From Octopus bimaculoides (taxonomy: Eukaryota), in assembly GCF_001194135.2 (NCBI RefSeq), contig NC_068986.1, positions 109,417,199-109,481,198 of the forward strand: DNA of 64,000 bases. The letters are read 5' to 3'. Every line of letters starts with the position of its first letter. Positions within the stretch are counted from its first letter, which is position 1. Both the position numbers and the translations under genes were made by a program. This document shows positions 51,041-64,000 of this stretch, one piece after another. The notes beneath the pieces were generated by a model. The model was not told where the DNA came from and ran no database searches. It worked only from the letters and a program-made list of their open reading frames with translations.

Positions 51041-52172
51041 TTATCGATCTTTGTAAATATTATTTCACTGGGTTAAACATTCCAGTTCTATTTTCAATTT
51101 CCTTCCATAGTTTTAGAGGTTAACATTCATAGAAACAAGCAGAACAACCATTTTCTTTTATCTTGTACTTGTTTCAGTCATTGGACTATGGCCATGCTGG
51201 GGCACCACCCTGAAGGGTTTAGTCCAGCAAATCAATTCCAAGATTTATTTTCAGTCCGATGTTTTTTCTACCAGTCTCTTTTGCTGAAATGCTAGGCCAC
51301 AAGGACATAAACAAACCAACACCAGTTGTCAAGCAGTCGTGAAGGACAAATGCAAACACATTTTAGATTTATTTTTATCAAACTTTCATTACTTTGTGAG
51401 AAATTAAAAAAATTTTATAACCAACCACATGGTTCTGGGTTCAGTCCCACTGCGTGGCACCTTGGGCAAGTGTCTTCTACTATAGCCTTGGACTGACCAA
51501 AGCCTTATGAGTGGATTTGGTAGACGGAAACTGAAAGAAGCCCGTGTATGTGTTTATCCCCCCCCCCCAACATCACTTGAACATCGCTTGACAACTGATG
51601 CTGGTGTGTTTACATCCCCTTAACTTAGCAGTTTGGCAAACGAGTGATAGAAAAGTACTAGGCTTACAAAGAATAAGTCCTAGGGTCGGTTTGATTGACT
51701 AAAGGCAGTGCTCCAGCATGGCCGCAGTAAAATGACAAACAAATAAAAGAATAAAAGAAAAACTAAAGGAGATACAAGATTCAGTAGAAATCTTGACAGA
51801 ATCGGTAGAGCAACAATATAACTGTATATTTAATTGATTCTTTTTAGATTCCCAATATTACTCTGTCTGGCTTTGCTTTATCAATCTCCAAGGTTGATTA
51901 GATAAATACCAATCAAGTATTGAGTATTGATACAAACAGCCATTCCCGCCAAAAGTTGTAGCCTTCAGCCTACATTAGAGATCAAAAAAATATAGTCGAG
52001 ACAACAAGGAAGCATTTAAATGGTTGCTTAATCTGTTAGAAATAGCACCCAACTCACCCACATAACTTTCTAACTTAAAAAGTGAAGGTAACCTTATTTG
52101 ATAATGTACTCCTAGAAGGATGATGCCAGAAATATTTTTCCTCATAATCCAGTAATGAAAGAAATAATTACA

Positions 52173-52520
52173 ACAAGAGCACTGAGAGAGCGCAAACCTC
52201 TGCCAAGGCAACACCAACGTCCTCTCAACGATTAGCCAGAGATGATTTTTAAATAAACTCAACTGCTCTCATAAATGAGAATACTAAGAACGAACCCGAC
52301 CGCTCTCAAAAATTAAGTAACAAAACAGGAAAAATAAACCAGAATCCTTGTCCTGTACTGGATTAACCCTCAAATCTAATCAGTTCGTGCCAGTCACGAA
52401 GACAAACATCTCTGAAAGTTTCATCCGAATCCATCCAGTGGTTCTTGGGATATCTTGTCCACGGACAAACAAGCAAACACGACTGAAAACAATAACTCCG
52501 CCTTTGCTATGATGGAGGTA
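52173..52520. mobile_element. Non-autonomous Helentron/HINE-like element, copy B
   Basis: Subterminal acctctgccaagg and terminal hairpin actccgcc..atggaggt followed by aataa. Confidence 0.62.
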
Positions 52521-52907
52521 ATAATTAGTATTATAGAGAGTCACTGATGCAAGACAGCTAACGAGGAGCATCTTCCTAACTGTTCAACCTGCTAGAAATA
52601 GCAACAAAATCCTCCCTTTTACACCCTACTTATATACATAGAAAAAGAACACATTGAATATTATAGTCCTAGCTACACTGTGTCTGAATAAAAGATGAGA
52701 TGGTCACAGCTTGAACAGCTGATTATAGATTTGTTGAATCAAGATTAACCTAGAGCTTAACAATAAAAGGTTGTAAATAAATCAATTTGTTATTTCAATC
52801 AACAGCGGTATAATGTTTGTTATGTAAAAGAGTTAATTAACTGAAGTCACCTTTTTCTCCAAATATGGAATGTTAGAAAGATGACACTGTCAGGAAATTT
52901 TAAGAGA

Positions 52908-53412
52908 ATTTACCCTTTTGTTACCATATTTCTGTTGATGTAAATTACCTTTATTTCAATTAATTCTTAAAATAAAAAATTTAGTAAAATAACATCGTTA
53001 TATTGTGTTTCTATAAATATACATCACCTTTGTTTCAGTTAATTTCTAAATTAATAAAGAATTTAATGAAATAACTGTCATCTTTAAGCTGGTGTTTAGA
53101 ATTAACAAATTTTGATGAAAGGTTTAATCTAGATCACTTTAACCTTTTAGCACTTAAAACAGGTAGATTGTTTGGGCCAGGTATGGTCTGTTTATGTTGA
53201 CCAGATCTGGCCTCTCACACCAATCCTACAATGTCATTCTAAAAACAGACGACCACATCATCAAAATCTTGAAGCTATGAGAATGCATGATTAATTCAAA
53301 ATATGGATAAATAAGCTTCACTTTTGACATGATAATATGAATGTTAAAGGGTTAAACCAAAAGTTTGCATTACAGAACTGAGGAACAATCTTAGGCAGGT
53401 TGGTAACAAAAA
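52908..53412. mobile_element. piggyBac-type MITE carrying a nested second TTAA MITE (about 53143-53351)
   Basis: Outer ends cccttttgttacc / ggtaacaaaa; inner ttaa-ccttttagcac ... gttaaaggg-ttaa; the uninterrupted equivalent is at 27060-27146. Confidence 0.75.
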
Positions 53413-54139
53413 TGCTGAACCATTAATTAAATACCTAAATATCTGAGATGGGTTATTGTTAATCAGATTCTGATTAAGTTATTAACATCTTCAAAGATGA
53501 GATTAATTTTTAAATATTTACATCTTTATGACATATCAGTCAGTTTAATGTCAAACCACAATCAGATATCACTGAACCGATAAATCAATGGCTCTGGATA
53601 TGAGCATGTTCAAAAGGGATGGACAAAAGAACCAGAGAAAGTTGGCTGTGTCTAAGAGAATTGTTAACGTTTACTTTAGAAACAAAATACTCGAATGCAA
53701 CCCGTTACTATGTATGTAACCAAGAATAAGATGACAAAATGGAAACCAAAACAGAGCTGATGTCAATATTGGTTTCAAATTTTGGCACAAGACCAGCAGT
53801 TTGAGGTGGGGTGAATTGATTACATCAACCCTAGTATTTAAATGGTATTTATTTTATTGACTCCGAAAGGATAAAAGGCTAAGTCAACCTCAGTGGTATT
53901 TGAACTCCAAACGTAAAGTCGGATGGAATGATGTTAAGCATTTTGCCTGGCGTGCTAATGATTCTGCCAGCTCACCACTCTTTGCAGTGGCACAAACACT
54001 GAAAAAGGTTTCATTTTTAATGATGAGGTTCACAGTCTGAAAAATTATTAAACACATATTATATTATATTATTATTAAACACTATTTTTCTTTTTTTGAC
54101 ATGGAAAATGAAGGTAATCTGGAGGAATTTTTTTTTAAA

Positions 54140-54310
54140 GGTGCAGGAGTGGCTGTGTGGTAAGTAGCTTGCTTACCAACCACATGGTTCTGGGTTCAGT
54201 CCCACTGCATGGCACCTTGGGCAAGTGTCTTCTACTATAGCCTCGGGCCGACCAAAGCCTTGTGAGTGGATTTGGTAGACGGAAACTGAAAGAAGCCCGT
54301 CGTATATATG

Positions 54311-54349
<39 letters not shown>

Positions 54350-54570
54350 ATGTGTGTTTGTGTGTCTGGGTTTGTCCCCCCATCGTCGCTTGACAACCGA
54401 TGGTGGTGTGTTTACGTCCCCGTAACTTAGTGGTTCGGCAGAAAGAGACCGATAGAATAAGTACTAGGCTTCCAAAGGATAAATCCTGGGGTCGCTTTGC
54501 TCGACTAAAGGCGATGCTCCAGCATGGCTGCAATCAAATGACTGAAACAAGTAAAAGAGTAAAAGAGTAT
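54140..54570 (+). mobile_element. tRNA-derived SINE family A, full length
   Basis: Near identical to the 42491 copy. Confidence 0.9.
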
Positions 54571-54838
54571 ACCAATGTATTATACACATGGACCCAGAGA
54601 GAAGCCTCACAATGATCACTCAATCTGCATGAAATAACACCCAAACTATCCTCAAATTGTATCCTCTCACTTCCAAAAAATGACACACTGACTAATGTAG
54701 TCCTAGATATACAACACAAGAGAGAAGGAAGCCAAGATGATTAGGACTAACTGCTTCGGTCATAGGTCAGCTCAGTCACACCTTGCCTGGGGTTAAACAA
54801 CACCATTGATATATTGCATGGATCCATGTATTTCTAGC

Positions 54839-54886
<48 letters not shown>

Positions 54887-56147
54887 TGTGTGAGTGTGTG
54901 TGTGTGTGTGTGTGTGAGTGTGTAAGATACACTAAGTGCTTTTTTTACATGCCNNNNNNNNNNNNNNNNNNNNNNNNNNNNNNNNNNNNNNNNNNNNNNN
55001 NNNNNNNNNNNNNNNNNNNNNNNNNNNNNNNNNNNNNNNNNNNNNNNNNNNNNNNNNNNNNNNNNNNNNNNNNNNNNNNNNNNNNNNNNNNNNNNNNNNN
55101 NNNNNNNNNNNNCCCCGGTGTTCAGTTGGTACTTCTAAGGTTAAGTACAAAGCCAGCAGTTTTGGGATGGTGGGTTAGTTGATTACCTTGATATCCTGAG
55201 TAATTTAACTGGTGCTTAATTTTATCAGCCCCACAGGGATGAAATGCAAAGTTGGCCTAGATGGGGTCGGAACTCAGAACCTAAAGAGTTGAAAGAAATA
55301 CTACCAGGCATTTATTCAACACTAACATTTCTGCCAGTCCGTGTGTGTGTGTGTGTGTGTTTGTGTGTGTGTGAGTCAAAGTGATTATGTAGAAGGTATG
55401 ATTGTGTGGGCGTATCACTGTACATGAATGACCGACTGATTGTGTGTGTGTATGTGTGTGACCGAAGATAGATATGGGAAAGAGAGTGATAAGGAGACAG
55501 TGATAGAAAGGTTGTAAAGGGACAGAGAGCCGGTGGTGGTGGTGGAAGAGATGAATGGTGGTAATATCAACGACAGTATTGTGACAAATTAATTCATACA
55601 GCAGTGACAACCGTAACAATGGTGACTAAACAGAGAACAGGAAAAAAGAGACAACCGCTTAGTTAAAACAAGTTTGTTACGAAAACCAATAAGTGAGCCG
55701 AGTAGATCGAAATAAACAAATAGATATGGGAAAACTGATTGAGATGATGAATAAGAAGAGGACAGCTGTAGAAATGAGTTATTATGATGTGATGATGTTA
55801 TCGAATACAAGGAGTGGCATGGGAAAAGTGATGAAAAGGTTTTGATGTTAAATTGGAAATATGGAAACCTGTATCAGTAATAATTGTATAAGATCAGTAA
55901 AAAAGGGTTGTGGTGATATAGAAACCTATATGTGATGATAATCGATTCTAATTTAGGCACAAGGCCATACATTTTTGAGGGGAGAGCATGAGTCACATCA
56001 ACTCCAGTGTATGACTGCTATAGAGTTTCATTGGGCCCCAGATGCATGAAAGCAAAGTTACTTTTCATGGGATTTCATCACAGAAGGTAAAGAGCTGGAA
56101 GAAATACAAGGCATTTTGCCTAAAGCTCTAATAATTCAAATAACCAC

Positions 56148-56181
<34 letters not shown>

Positions 56182-56399
56182 GTTTCAAATTTTGCCACAG
56201 GGGCAGCAGCTTTTGAAGGGAGAGGATGAGTCGATTACATCGACCCCAGTGTTCAACTGGTACTTATTTTATCAATCTTGAAAGGATAAAAGGCAAAGTC
56301 GACCTCGGTGGAATTTGAACTCAGAACGTAGCAACGGGCGAAATACCGCTAAGCATTTCATCCAACACACTAACGATTCTGCCAGCTTGCAGCCTTAAA

Positions 56400-56400
<1 letters not shown>

Positions 56401-56443
<43 letters not shown>

Positions 56444-57083
56444 AATGATAATGATGATGATANNNNNNNNNNNNNNNNNNNNNNNNNNNNNNNNNNNNNN
56501 NNNNNNNNNNNNNNNNNNNNNNNNNNNNNNNNNNNNNNNNNNNNNNNNNNNNNNNNNNNNNNNNNNNNNNNNNNNNNNNNNNNNNNNNNNNNNNNNNNNN
56601 NNNNNNNNNNNNNNNNNNNNNNNNNNNNNNNNNNNNNNNNNNNNNNNNNNNNNNNNNNNNNNNNNNNNNNNNNNNNNNNNNNNNNNNNNNNNNNNNNNNN
56701 NNNNNNNNNNNNNNNNNNNNNNNNNNNNNNNNNNNNNNNNNNNNNNNNNNNNNNNNNNNNNNNNNNNNNNNNNNNNNNNNNNNNNNNNNNNNNNNNNNNN
56801 NNNNNNNNNNNNNNNNNNNNNNNNNNNNNNNNNNNNNNNNNNNNNNNNNNNNNNNNNNNNNNNNNNNNNNNNNNNNNNNNNNNNNNNNNNNNNNNNNNNN
56901 NNNNNNNNNNNNNNNNNNNNNNNNNNNNNNNNNNNNNNNNNNNNNNNNNNNNNNNNNNNNNNNNNNNNNNNNNNNNNNNNNNNNNNNNNNNNNNNNNNNN
57001 NNNNNNNNNNNNNNNNNNNNNNNNNNNNNNNNNNNNNNNNNNNNNNNNNNNNNNNNNNNNNNNNNNNNNNNNNNNNNNNNNNN

Positions 57084-57161
<78 letters not shown>

Positions 57162-57165
57162 TATG
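56401..57165. repeat. (GAT)n - gap - (AAT)n microsatellites
   Basis: Directly visible. Confidence 0.95.
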
Positions 57166-57647
57166 ATGATGGTTACTCCCTTTGATTTTGACATATTTGT
57201 GTTTCAAGGAGAGGATTTAAAAGAAAAAAGCAGTTTTAAGAATAAAAGCTACGTGTATTTGCAATGGATGTATGAATGTTATTTGGGTCGCAGGATCAAC
57301 CCCAGCATTTGACTAGTACTTTATTTAACTGACCCTCAAAGGATGAAAGATAAAGTCAACCTTGGCAGGATTTGAAGACAGATGATGCAAAAAAGCAAAA
57401 AAAACCTATATACCAAATATTCTCAGGAATGGAAACCGAATTGCATATTTAATGAGTTAGAGAGAAGGTGAAAGGACAGGTTTTATGGACATGTAGCAGA
57501 GTCTCAGACCAGTGTAGTGGTTCTCAACCATTTTTGTCCTATGGAATCTCTTGATTTCTTTTTTACTCCAGTGGGAATCCACAGCCATTCAATGCCATCA
57601 TCATCATCATTTAATGTCTGTTGTCAATGGATTGGATGGTCTGACAG

Positions 57648-57945
57648 GAGTATTTTTCGATGTTGCTATTATTATTATTATTCAGGTAACCACTATGCCA
57701 TATGCCCACGGGCATATGGCGTAGTGGTTAAGAGTGTGGGCTACTAACCCCAAGATTCTGAGTTTGATTCCAAGCAGTGATCTGAATAATAATAATAATA
57801 ATATCGAAAGATACCTTAGGAATGAGAACCCAGGTTCGAAATTACCCCAAGACACCTGATGAAGGCTGGAAGGTATATCAGCTGAAACGTTGTGTTAACA
57901 ACAAACAAGATGAGGACAAATATCCATCAAGTGTAAATAATATAG
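57648..57945 (+). mobile_element. Second copy of the fold-back tRNA/hammerhead element (left arm largely deleted)
   Basis: Palindromic centre taaccactatgccatatgccc-ac-gggcatatggcgtagtggtta (57688-57731); full right arm. Confidence 0.85.
57851..57896 (+). ncRNA. Minimal hammerhead motif (stem II G-U variant)
   Basis: GACAC CTGATGA A GGCTG..CAGCT GAAA CGTT GTGTT. Confidence 0.68.
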
Positions 57946-58520
57946 TCACAAATGTTAGATACTGACTGCTGTGGTTAACTGTTAACTGGAACATAACTGA
58001 GAGCTAATATGGTATCCACTTGCATAATATATTCCTTCAAACTCCCGTGTGTGTGTGCGTGTGTGTGTAATTTTGAAACTGAAAACACTACAGTAGTTAC
58101 TCTGATGCCTCGGGTTTCACACAGGACTTGTGTTTTCTTCAACTTCAGGAGTATGTATGCCTCACATATGTATAGAAACGTGGGATGCAGAATTGGTCTG
58201 TTTGTGATATTTGGCTCTGTTCCTTTACACCAAAGTTGAATTTGAAATTTGTCTTCACAAGGTTAATAAAATAATAGACAGACATGGGAATTAATATCAT
58301 CAATTAAAGTCAGTGCTCCAGCATGGCCACAGTAAAAGAATTACATTAAGTGATGTAGTAGAGTTTATAAAACAAGGGGAAGGTCAGACAGTGACGGTAA
58401 AGGTATACGGAAGTGGAGGAGATTATTAGAGGGATTTGTTTGAAGGACATTTGGAAGGAAGATAAAAGGCACCACAAGAACCATGAAGAAGTGAGAAGAC
58501 CAAGAAAGTGCAGCAGCAGC

Positions 58521-58566
<46 letters not shown>

Positions 58567-59459
58567 TAGGTATTAGTTGCAGTATTACTATTAGTAGTAG
58601 TGTTAGTAGTAGCAGCCTGAATGAAGCCCGCTTGAAGGAATTAAACAAAACAAAAAAACATACACATTATATGTATTTGCTGTTTCAGTCTCGGGTTCAC
58701 TAAAGAAGAAAAACAAAAAGAAAAAAGAAACCAAAAAAATAAAGAAAAATTAAAACAAAAATGAAATAAGTAAAAATATGGAATAAATTTAAATCATATT
58801 TTCATTGGAATTACACAAAAATTAACAAAATTCTTTTAAATAAAATTGTTTATAAATTTCAAAGAAAAAAAAAAACAAAATATTGAAACTTTGAAATCAA
58901 ATAAAAAGAAACAATAACATTGAGAGAAATAAAATATATAAATTTTTAAAATATGTAAATAAATATATGGCAAACAAAGAAATAATGAAAATACAACAAC
59001 TAAAAGATAGATTATATAAACAGATAAAAAAAAGCCACGTTTATAATAGACATCTGGTGAGCAAACAGATAGGGTTTGTGCCAAAAATTGACTTGTGTCT
59101 TCATTTTACATACAGAGACCAAGATAAATGGTGATTCACTGTGCTCAAGAAGACCCGATTGTTATTGTAAAAAAAGGTCCTAAAATACTTTATTGATGTA
59201 CATGCTGGGCCCTTCCCCTATCCCCAATCTGACCCTCGAGCATTCCCCACATTTCATCCACCACCCTGAGGTATCTCTGACCTCCATTTCTGTCACTGTA
59301 CATCTCTTCCTCATTCTTACATTTTGCACATCAGCCCCCTACTTTCTGACCAAGAGAGTTCTGAGCCACTTCCATCTCCCTCTCTCTCTCTCTCACACAT
59401 TACCCACATCCTTCAATACTGATATTTTGCATCAACCACACATCATCCACTTTTAAATC

Positions 59460-59835
59460 GTGATGGCACCACCGATCAAGCCTGATCATTACCAGTGTCG
59501 CCTTCCTGGCACTTGTGCCGGTGGCACATGAAAAGTCATTCGAGCGAGATCGTTGCCAGTACCGCTGGACTGGCTCCTGTGCAGGTGGCACGTAAAATAC
59601 ACCATTTTGAGCGTGGCCGTTGCCAGTACCGCCTGACTGGCCTTCGTGCCGGTGGCATGTAAAAGCACCCACTACACTCTCGGAGTGGTTGGCGTAAGGA
59701 AGGGTATCCAGCTGTAGAAACTCTGCCAAATCAAATTGGAGCCTGGTGTAGCCATCTGGCTCGCCAGTCCTCAGTCAAATTGTCCAACCCATGCTAGCAT
59801 GGAAAGCAGACGTTAAACGATGATGATGATGATGA
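59460..59835 (+). mobile_element. 5'-truncated RTE LINE 3'UTR with about 45-50-bp tandem units and (GAT)n tail
   Basis: ggaagggtatccagctgtagaaac..catggaaagcagacgttaaac(gat)n; joined to the RT C-terminus at 61578-62060(-) and 25430-25825. Confidence 0.85.
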
Positions 59836-60856
59836 CTCCACCCCATCCATTACTCTCCCATCACATTCTTATAACCGACACTTTCCTCCACTCCTGATCC
59901 ACTCTCTATATTCTCCTTCATGACTAACCTTCTTGTACCCTATCACCACCCTCTTTTCCCTCTTTCCAACTGCTCCCACCCACCGTTATATAATACAGAG
60001 CAGCCATGTATCTCTATAGCAACACACGTGTACTTGTCCCTCTTAACACCCTGCATAAAGCCCCACTTCCCTCTTTGTACTACAACCTCACTCAGTCATA
60101 AACGGAATCAAAGACCATTCTTTTACATATTTTAACAAGTTTCAGTCAGCTGACTGTGGCCATGCTGCAGCACCAATATCCTAAGTATACTCAATTTCTT
60201 TGACTCCGCACCCCTGTACTATTATCTTTATCAAGCAGCTACATATTTTACCAACTTTGACAGGATGGAAGGCAAAATGGACCTGAATTTCATCTGAATT
60301 CAGAATGTGGAGAGAGGAATATAGAGTAATTTGCTCAATCAGTTTTATAGGAACCAGAAACCACACCTCTCCAGACTATCAGATGACTTATTAATGTCAA
60401 GCTAACAAGGGAGTCTCTATACAACCCTTTAAATTGCTAAAAATAGCAGCCAGGTTCTCAACACCCTACCTTCTTAATAAAGGAAGGAGACAGGATAGTA
60501 TAGTCCCAGATACACTACAGTAGAACAAAGATGGAATCGCCACAACTGGAATATTCTTCATGAGAAAGAGCTCTGTTCAGTCAGAGCAGAAACCAATCAC
60601 CAGGATTCCGCACGATTTCCATTTACTCAGTTTCTTTACAAGACTTTGGTCAACACAAGTCTCTGGCAGAAGACACTAACTCAAGATGCTGTGCAGTGGA
60701 ATTGAAGTGAAATTCTTAGCCCAATAGTTATTCCTTAACCAATTTTTAGGGCTCCGACCTGCAACTGGACAAAATTTTTACACAGAGTTTAAAACTTAAA
60801 AAAGAAAGAAAAAAGAAACGAAAATGTGCTGAGTTTAAAGAAATATTTGCACATAC

Positions 60857-60939
60857 TTGTCTTCATTGCGACTAACCAGTGCAATTCTGCCATAGTCCCA
60901 GGCCAATCTTCGCAGAAGTGAGAAAAGTAAAAGGAGAAC
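60857..60939 (-). CDS. TMEM63: TMEM63 exon: VLLLLFSLLRRLAWDYGRIALVSRNED(K)
   Basis: ttttcacag acceptor, AA|gtatgt donor; TM0 end and WDYGR motif; phase 0 to 2. Confidence 0.95.
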
Positions 60940-61413
60940 CTGTGAAAAAGGAAACAAATATAAATCCCATTAAAATTTCATTAAAATTCTATTAAAATTT
61001 CATTAAAAACCCAGTCTTTTGGGAAATCAAAAAGCAATTCTTGTAATCACAATTTGCAATTTATATGGTAAATGGAAAACTGAGCTGTTCTAGTTTACCA
61101 AGAGGAACCTTTACGGTAGTGGTTCCCAAACGGGGTCCATATGGCCCGGGGGAGGGGGGTGCAGTCTATATAAGATTTTGATGTTAAAATTTATGTTCAA
61201 TAAATTGGTTATAATTCTACACCATACAGATTATTTTAAATTTTTACACAATCCATAGGCGCAGGAGTGGCTTTGTGGTAAGAAGCTTGCTTCTCAACCA
61301 CATGGTTCTGGGTTCAGTCCCACTGAGGTATTTTGGTGGTACTTCTACCATAGCCTCAGGCTGACCAAAGCCTTGTGAGTGGATTTAGTAGACAGAAACT
61401 GAAATAAGCCCGT

Positions 61414-61454
<41 letters not shown>

Positions 61455-61577
61455 NNNNNNNNNNNNNNNNNNNNNNNNNNNNNNNNNNNNNNNNNNNNNN
61501 NNNNNNNNNNNNNNNNNNNNNNNNNNNNNNNNNNNNNNNNNNNNNNNNNNNNNNNNNNNNNNNNNNNNNNNNNNNNN

Positions 61578-62060
61578 TGTTGGTGTACACCAAGCTCCAA
61601 TCTGATCTTGCAAGGCTTCTACAGCTGGATGCCCTTCTTAAGACCAACCACTCCAAGAGTGTAGTGGGTGCTTTTTATGTGCCACAGAAAAGGGGGCCCA
61701 GCACTGGCATTGAGTAAGCTTGAATGATGCTTTTCACATGCCACTAACACAGGTGTCAGTCAGGCGGCACTGGCATCGACCATGCTTGAATGGTGCTGTT
61801 TACATGCCACAGGCACGGGTGCCATTAGGCAGCACTGGCATCAGCCATGACAACGATTTCATTTGACTCAACAGGTCTTCTCAAACACAGTATATCTCCA
61901 AAGGTCTCAGTCACTTGTCATTGCCTCTGTGAGGCCCAACATTCAAAGGTCATGCTTCACCACCTCATCCCATGTCTTCTTGGGCCTACCTCTTCCACAG
62001 GTTCCCTCCACTGTTTAGGTGTGACACTTCTTCACACAGCTCTCCTCATCCATATGCAAT
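61578..62060 (-). mobile_element. RTE LINE 3' end (ORF tail plus 3'UTR)
   Basis: Minus translation MDEESCVKKCH..VEGTCGRGRPKKTWDEVVKHDL continues into the tandem-repeat UTR. Confidence 0.85.
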
Positions 62061-62779
62061 GAGTCATTAAAACTCACTCACACTCAGCTCTCTTGTGATT
62101 TGCTTTTATGTCACTAAGGCCCCCTTAACTCAATGAGAACCCATTATGTGCTCATATAAACTGCTAGAGATACTGTTGTCTTTAAAAGTGAAGAACATTA
62201 TATGTGATGCTGGCCCTTTTAATTACTGGTACAATCCAGTAATTAAATGGGCTTCCACACATCTGTCTCCATATGAAAGACCTATTCCGGTCAACACACC
62301 TTGTCCTGTCCCCTCTTTCATACTTTATCGTGTCAACCTGGCATAAAGCCCCTTCCCTCAATACTACACCCAAACTCTGCCAAGGTCTTGTATTGTAAGT
62401 TATTTGGCAACCTCACCAGTGCTGATGCAATGAAGAAAGCACCCAGGTAACTTTGTAAAGTGGTTGGTGTTAGGAAGGGCAGAAACCATGCCAAAGCTGA
62501 CATTGGAGGCCAATGCAGCCCTCAGGCTTGTCAAAACCTGTTACATCATCCAACCCATGCTAGGAGAGAAGATGGACTTTAATGATGATGATGGTCTGGG
62601 TCAATGTATGACTACAGCAAAAGTTGCTTGCCCAAGGTGCCACCCAGTGGGATTCAACCAGGTTACTCCTAAATAGCAAAGCAAACTTCCCACTTACCCA
62701 CCCATCCATCATTTTGTCCACTCCACCCCCTCCCTCTGCCCAACAGAAATAAAGAGGCTCATAACTAAATAACTGGCAC

Positions 62780-63065
62780 TCCATCGGTTATGAGAACAAG
62801 GGTTCCAGCTGATCCAATCAACGGAATAGCCTGTTCATGAAATTAACATGCAAGTGGTTGAGTACTCCACAGATACACATTACCCCCTTAGTTCTCAGGG
62901 AGATTCAGCATGACATAGAGTGTGACGAGGTTGGCCCTTTGAATTACAGGTGTAACTTGTTTTTGCCAGCCGAGTGGACTGGAGCAACGTGAAATAAAGT
63001 GCCTTGCTCAAGGACACACCATGTCCTTGGGAATTGAACTCACAACTTTATGATGATGAATCAAA
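62780..63065 (-). mobile_element. tRNA-derived SINE family D (gttccagctgatccratcaacggaa domain)
   Basis: tRNA-like head at 63000-63065; related pieces at 49005-49180, 36195-36240, 13400-13570 and 17490-17640. Confidence 0.75.
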
Positions 63066-64000
63066 CACCAAGTCATACAACTTCACACAAAGGGGATCGT
63101 AGTGAATCAATAATAATTGCGGTCCACAATAATCATTTCCCTTTCTCAAGGGTCAGGTAATTTCAACCAATGAAAATCATTGGGGAAAAAATAAAAGAAA
63201 TATAAAAAGAAAGAAGAAAAATGCTATAAATTCTCTCCTGTTTGTTAATAATGTTCTAATTCATTGTTGTATATGAAAGAAGTTGTGAACAACAGACCCA
63301 GCACTTTCCATCAACATATAAACAAAAGGTCAATTTCCATCAGATCAATTATGATAAGATATTAATGTTTCATGGAATCTAATCACAATATTGTCAAATG
63401 GATTCAGTTAGGCTTCTCTTGTCTGTTTGTTTGTTTGGTTGGTTGGTTTTATGTTTATTTTACTTTTCAACATGGAGATGAGTAAAACATATCATCATTG
63501 TTGTTGTTGCTGAGCCCCAAGTCAGCCCCAACTGGACAGATATATGATCATAGGTGTCCCAGCCAGCCATGACCATCTCATCTTTTTGTTTATCTATTGC
63601 CTCCTTTAAAATGGTAGGGTGTGATTTGAAAGAATTTAGCTGATATTTCTAGCAGGTCAGGTGACTGAATAGCAGTTCTCTTGGAAGTACAATGGCAGGT
63701 GGGTTTCATTCATGAATTTTGACAATGGCAAAAACCACAACTATTCATACACTACCATCATTATCATGGTTATAAGCATCTACTCGTCTATGCTTCCACG
63801 ACTCAGATAATTGTAACTGTTACAACTCGGTTCATGACAAATACTAAATAAAATTCAGATCATATTTTACCAATATTTCATCAATGGCTTAATCAATAAT
63901 TCAGATCTACTGAAGGCTATTTCACTGTGTACCCAACAAAGATACTCAGCGGTTACTGGTCCTGTTCATTTGGCCAGAAACACGTACAACTAAATATATA

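Larger units (their letters stand above)
11566..60939 (-). other. TMEM63: Gene span (5'-incomplete) of OSCA/TMEM63 CSC1-like mechanosensitive cation channel
   Basis: 20 hand-translated exons with AG/GT boundaries and matching phases give family motifs: LRRLAWDYGRIALV, GFCSWI, KCGRDAVQYLSFQR, FGHTTIAN, VDAIEYY, PLGMAF, SYAPSPGNIYW, FFLTTPAII, FMVLILPSLGL, NGAFFVNYVITSAFIG, EFQFGCQYAWML, KHMVDRYNIYFAY, PFVANVL. The N-terminal exon lies beyond 64000. Confidence 0.97.

Noticed and set aside
56370-57207. Poly-D/M/N/H ORFs
   Set aside because: Trinucleotide repeats plus gap
58413-58703. Plus ORF with poly-Ser
   Set aside because: (AGT)n microsatellite on probable LINE debris

Overview
AT-rich, repeat-dense animal genomic DNA from a gapped draft assembly. 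The SINE, LINE and microsatellite content looks like an Octopus-type coleoid cephalopod (inferred from recalled repeat families, not searched). Most of the window (11566 to 60939 and beyond, minus strand) is one multi-exon gene for an OSCA/TMEM63 (CSC1-like) mechanosensitive channel. Twenty coding exons were read with GT-AG boundaries and continuous phase. One further exon is predicted entirely inside an N-gap, another starts 6 nt before an N-gap, and the first coding exon lies beyond the window. A probable first coding exon of a second, unidentified minus-strand gene lies at 222-446, downstream of an RFX X-box-like motif. Introns hold tRNA-derived SINEs, 5'-truncated RTE LINEs, decayed Tc1/mariner transposases, Tc1/mariner, hAT and piggyBac-type MITEs, Helentron/HINE-like elements, a Penelope GIY-YIG relic, a 155-bp solo LTR and many microsatellites. 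The most unusual object is a fold-back element seen at two loci. Two tRNA-like Pol III heads sit head-to-head, and each complete arm carries a minimal type-I hammerhead ribozyme motif. Most ORFs in the supplied track are microsatellite, gap or TE artefacts. TE boundaries are approximate unless a TSD is quoted.
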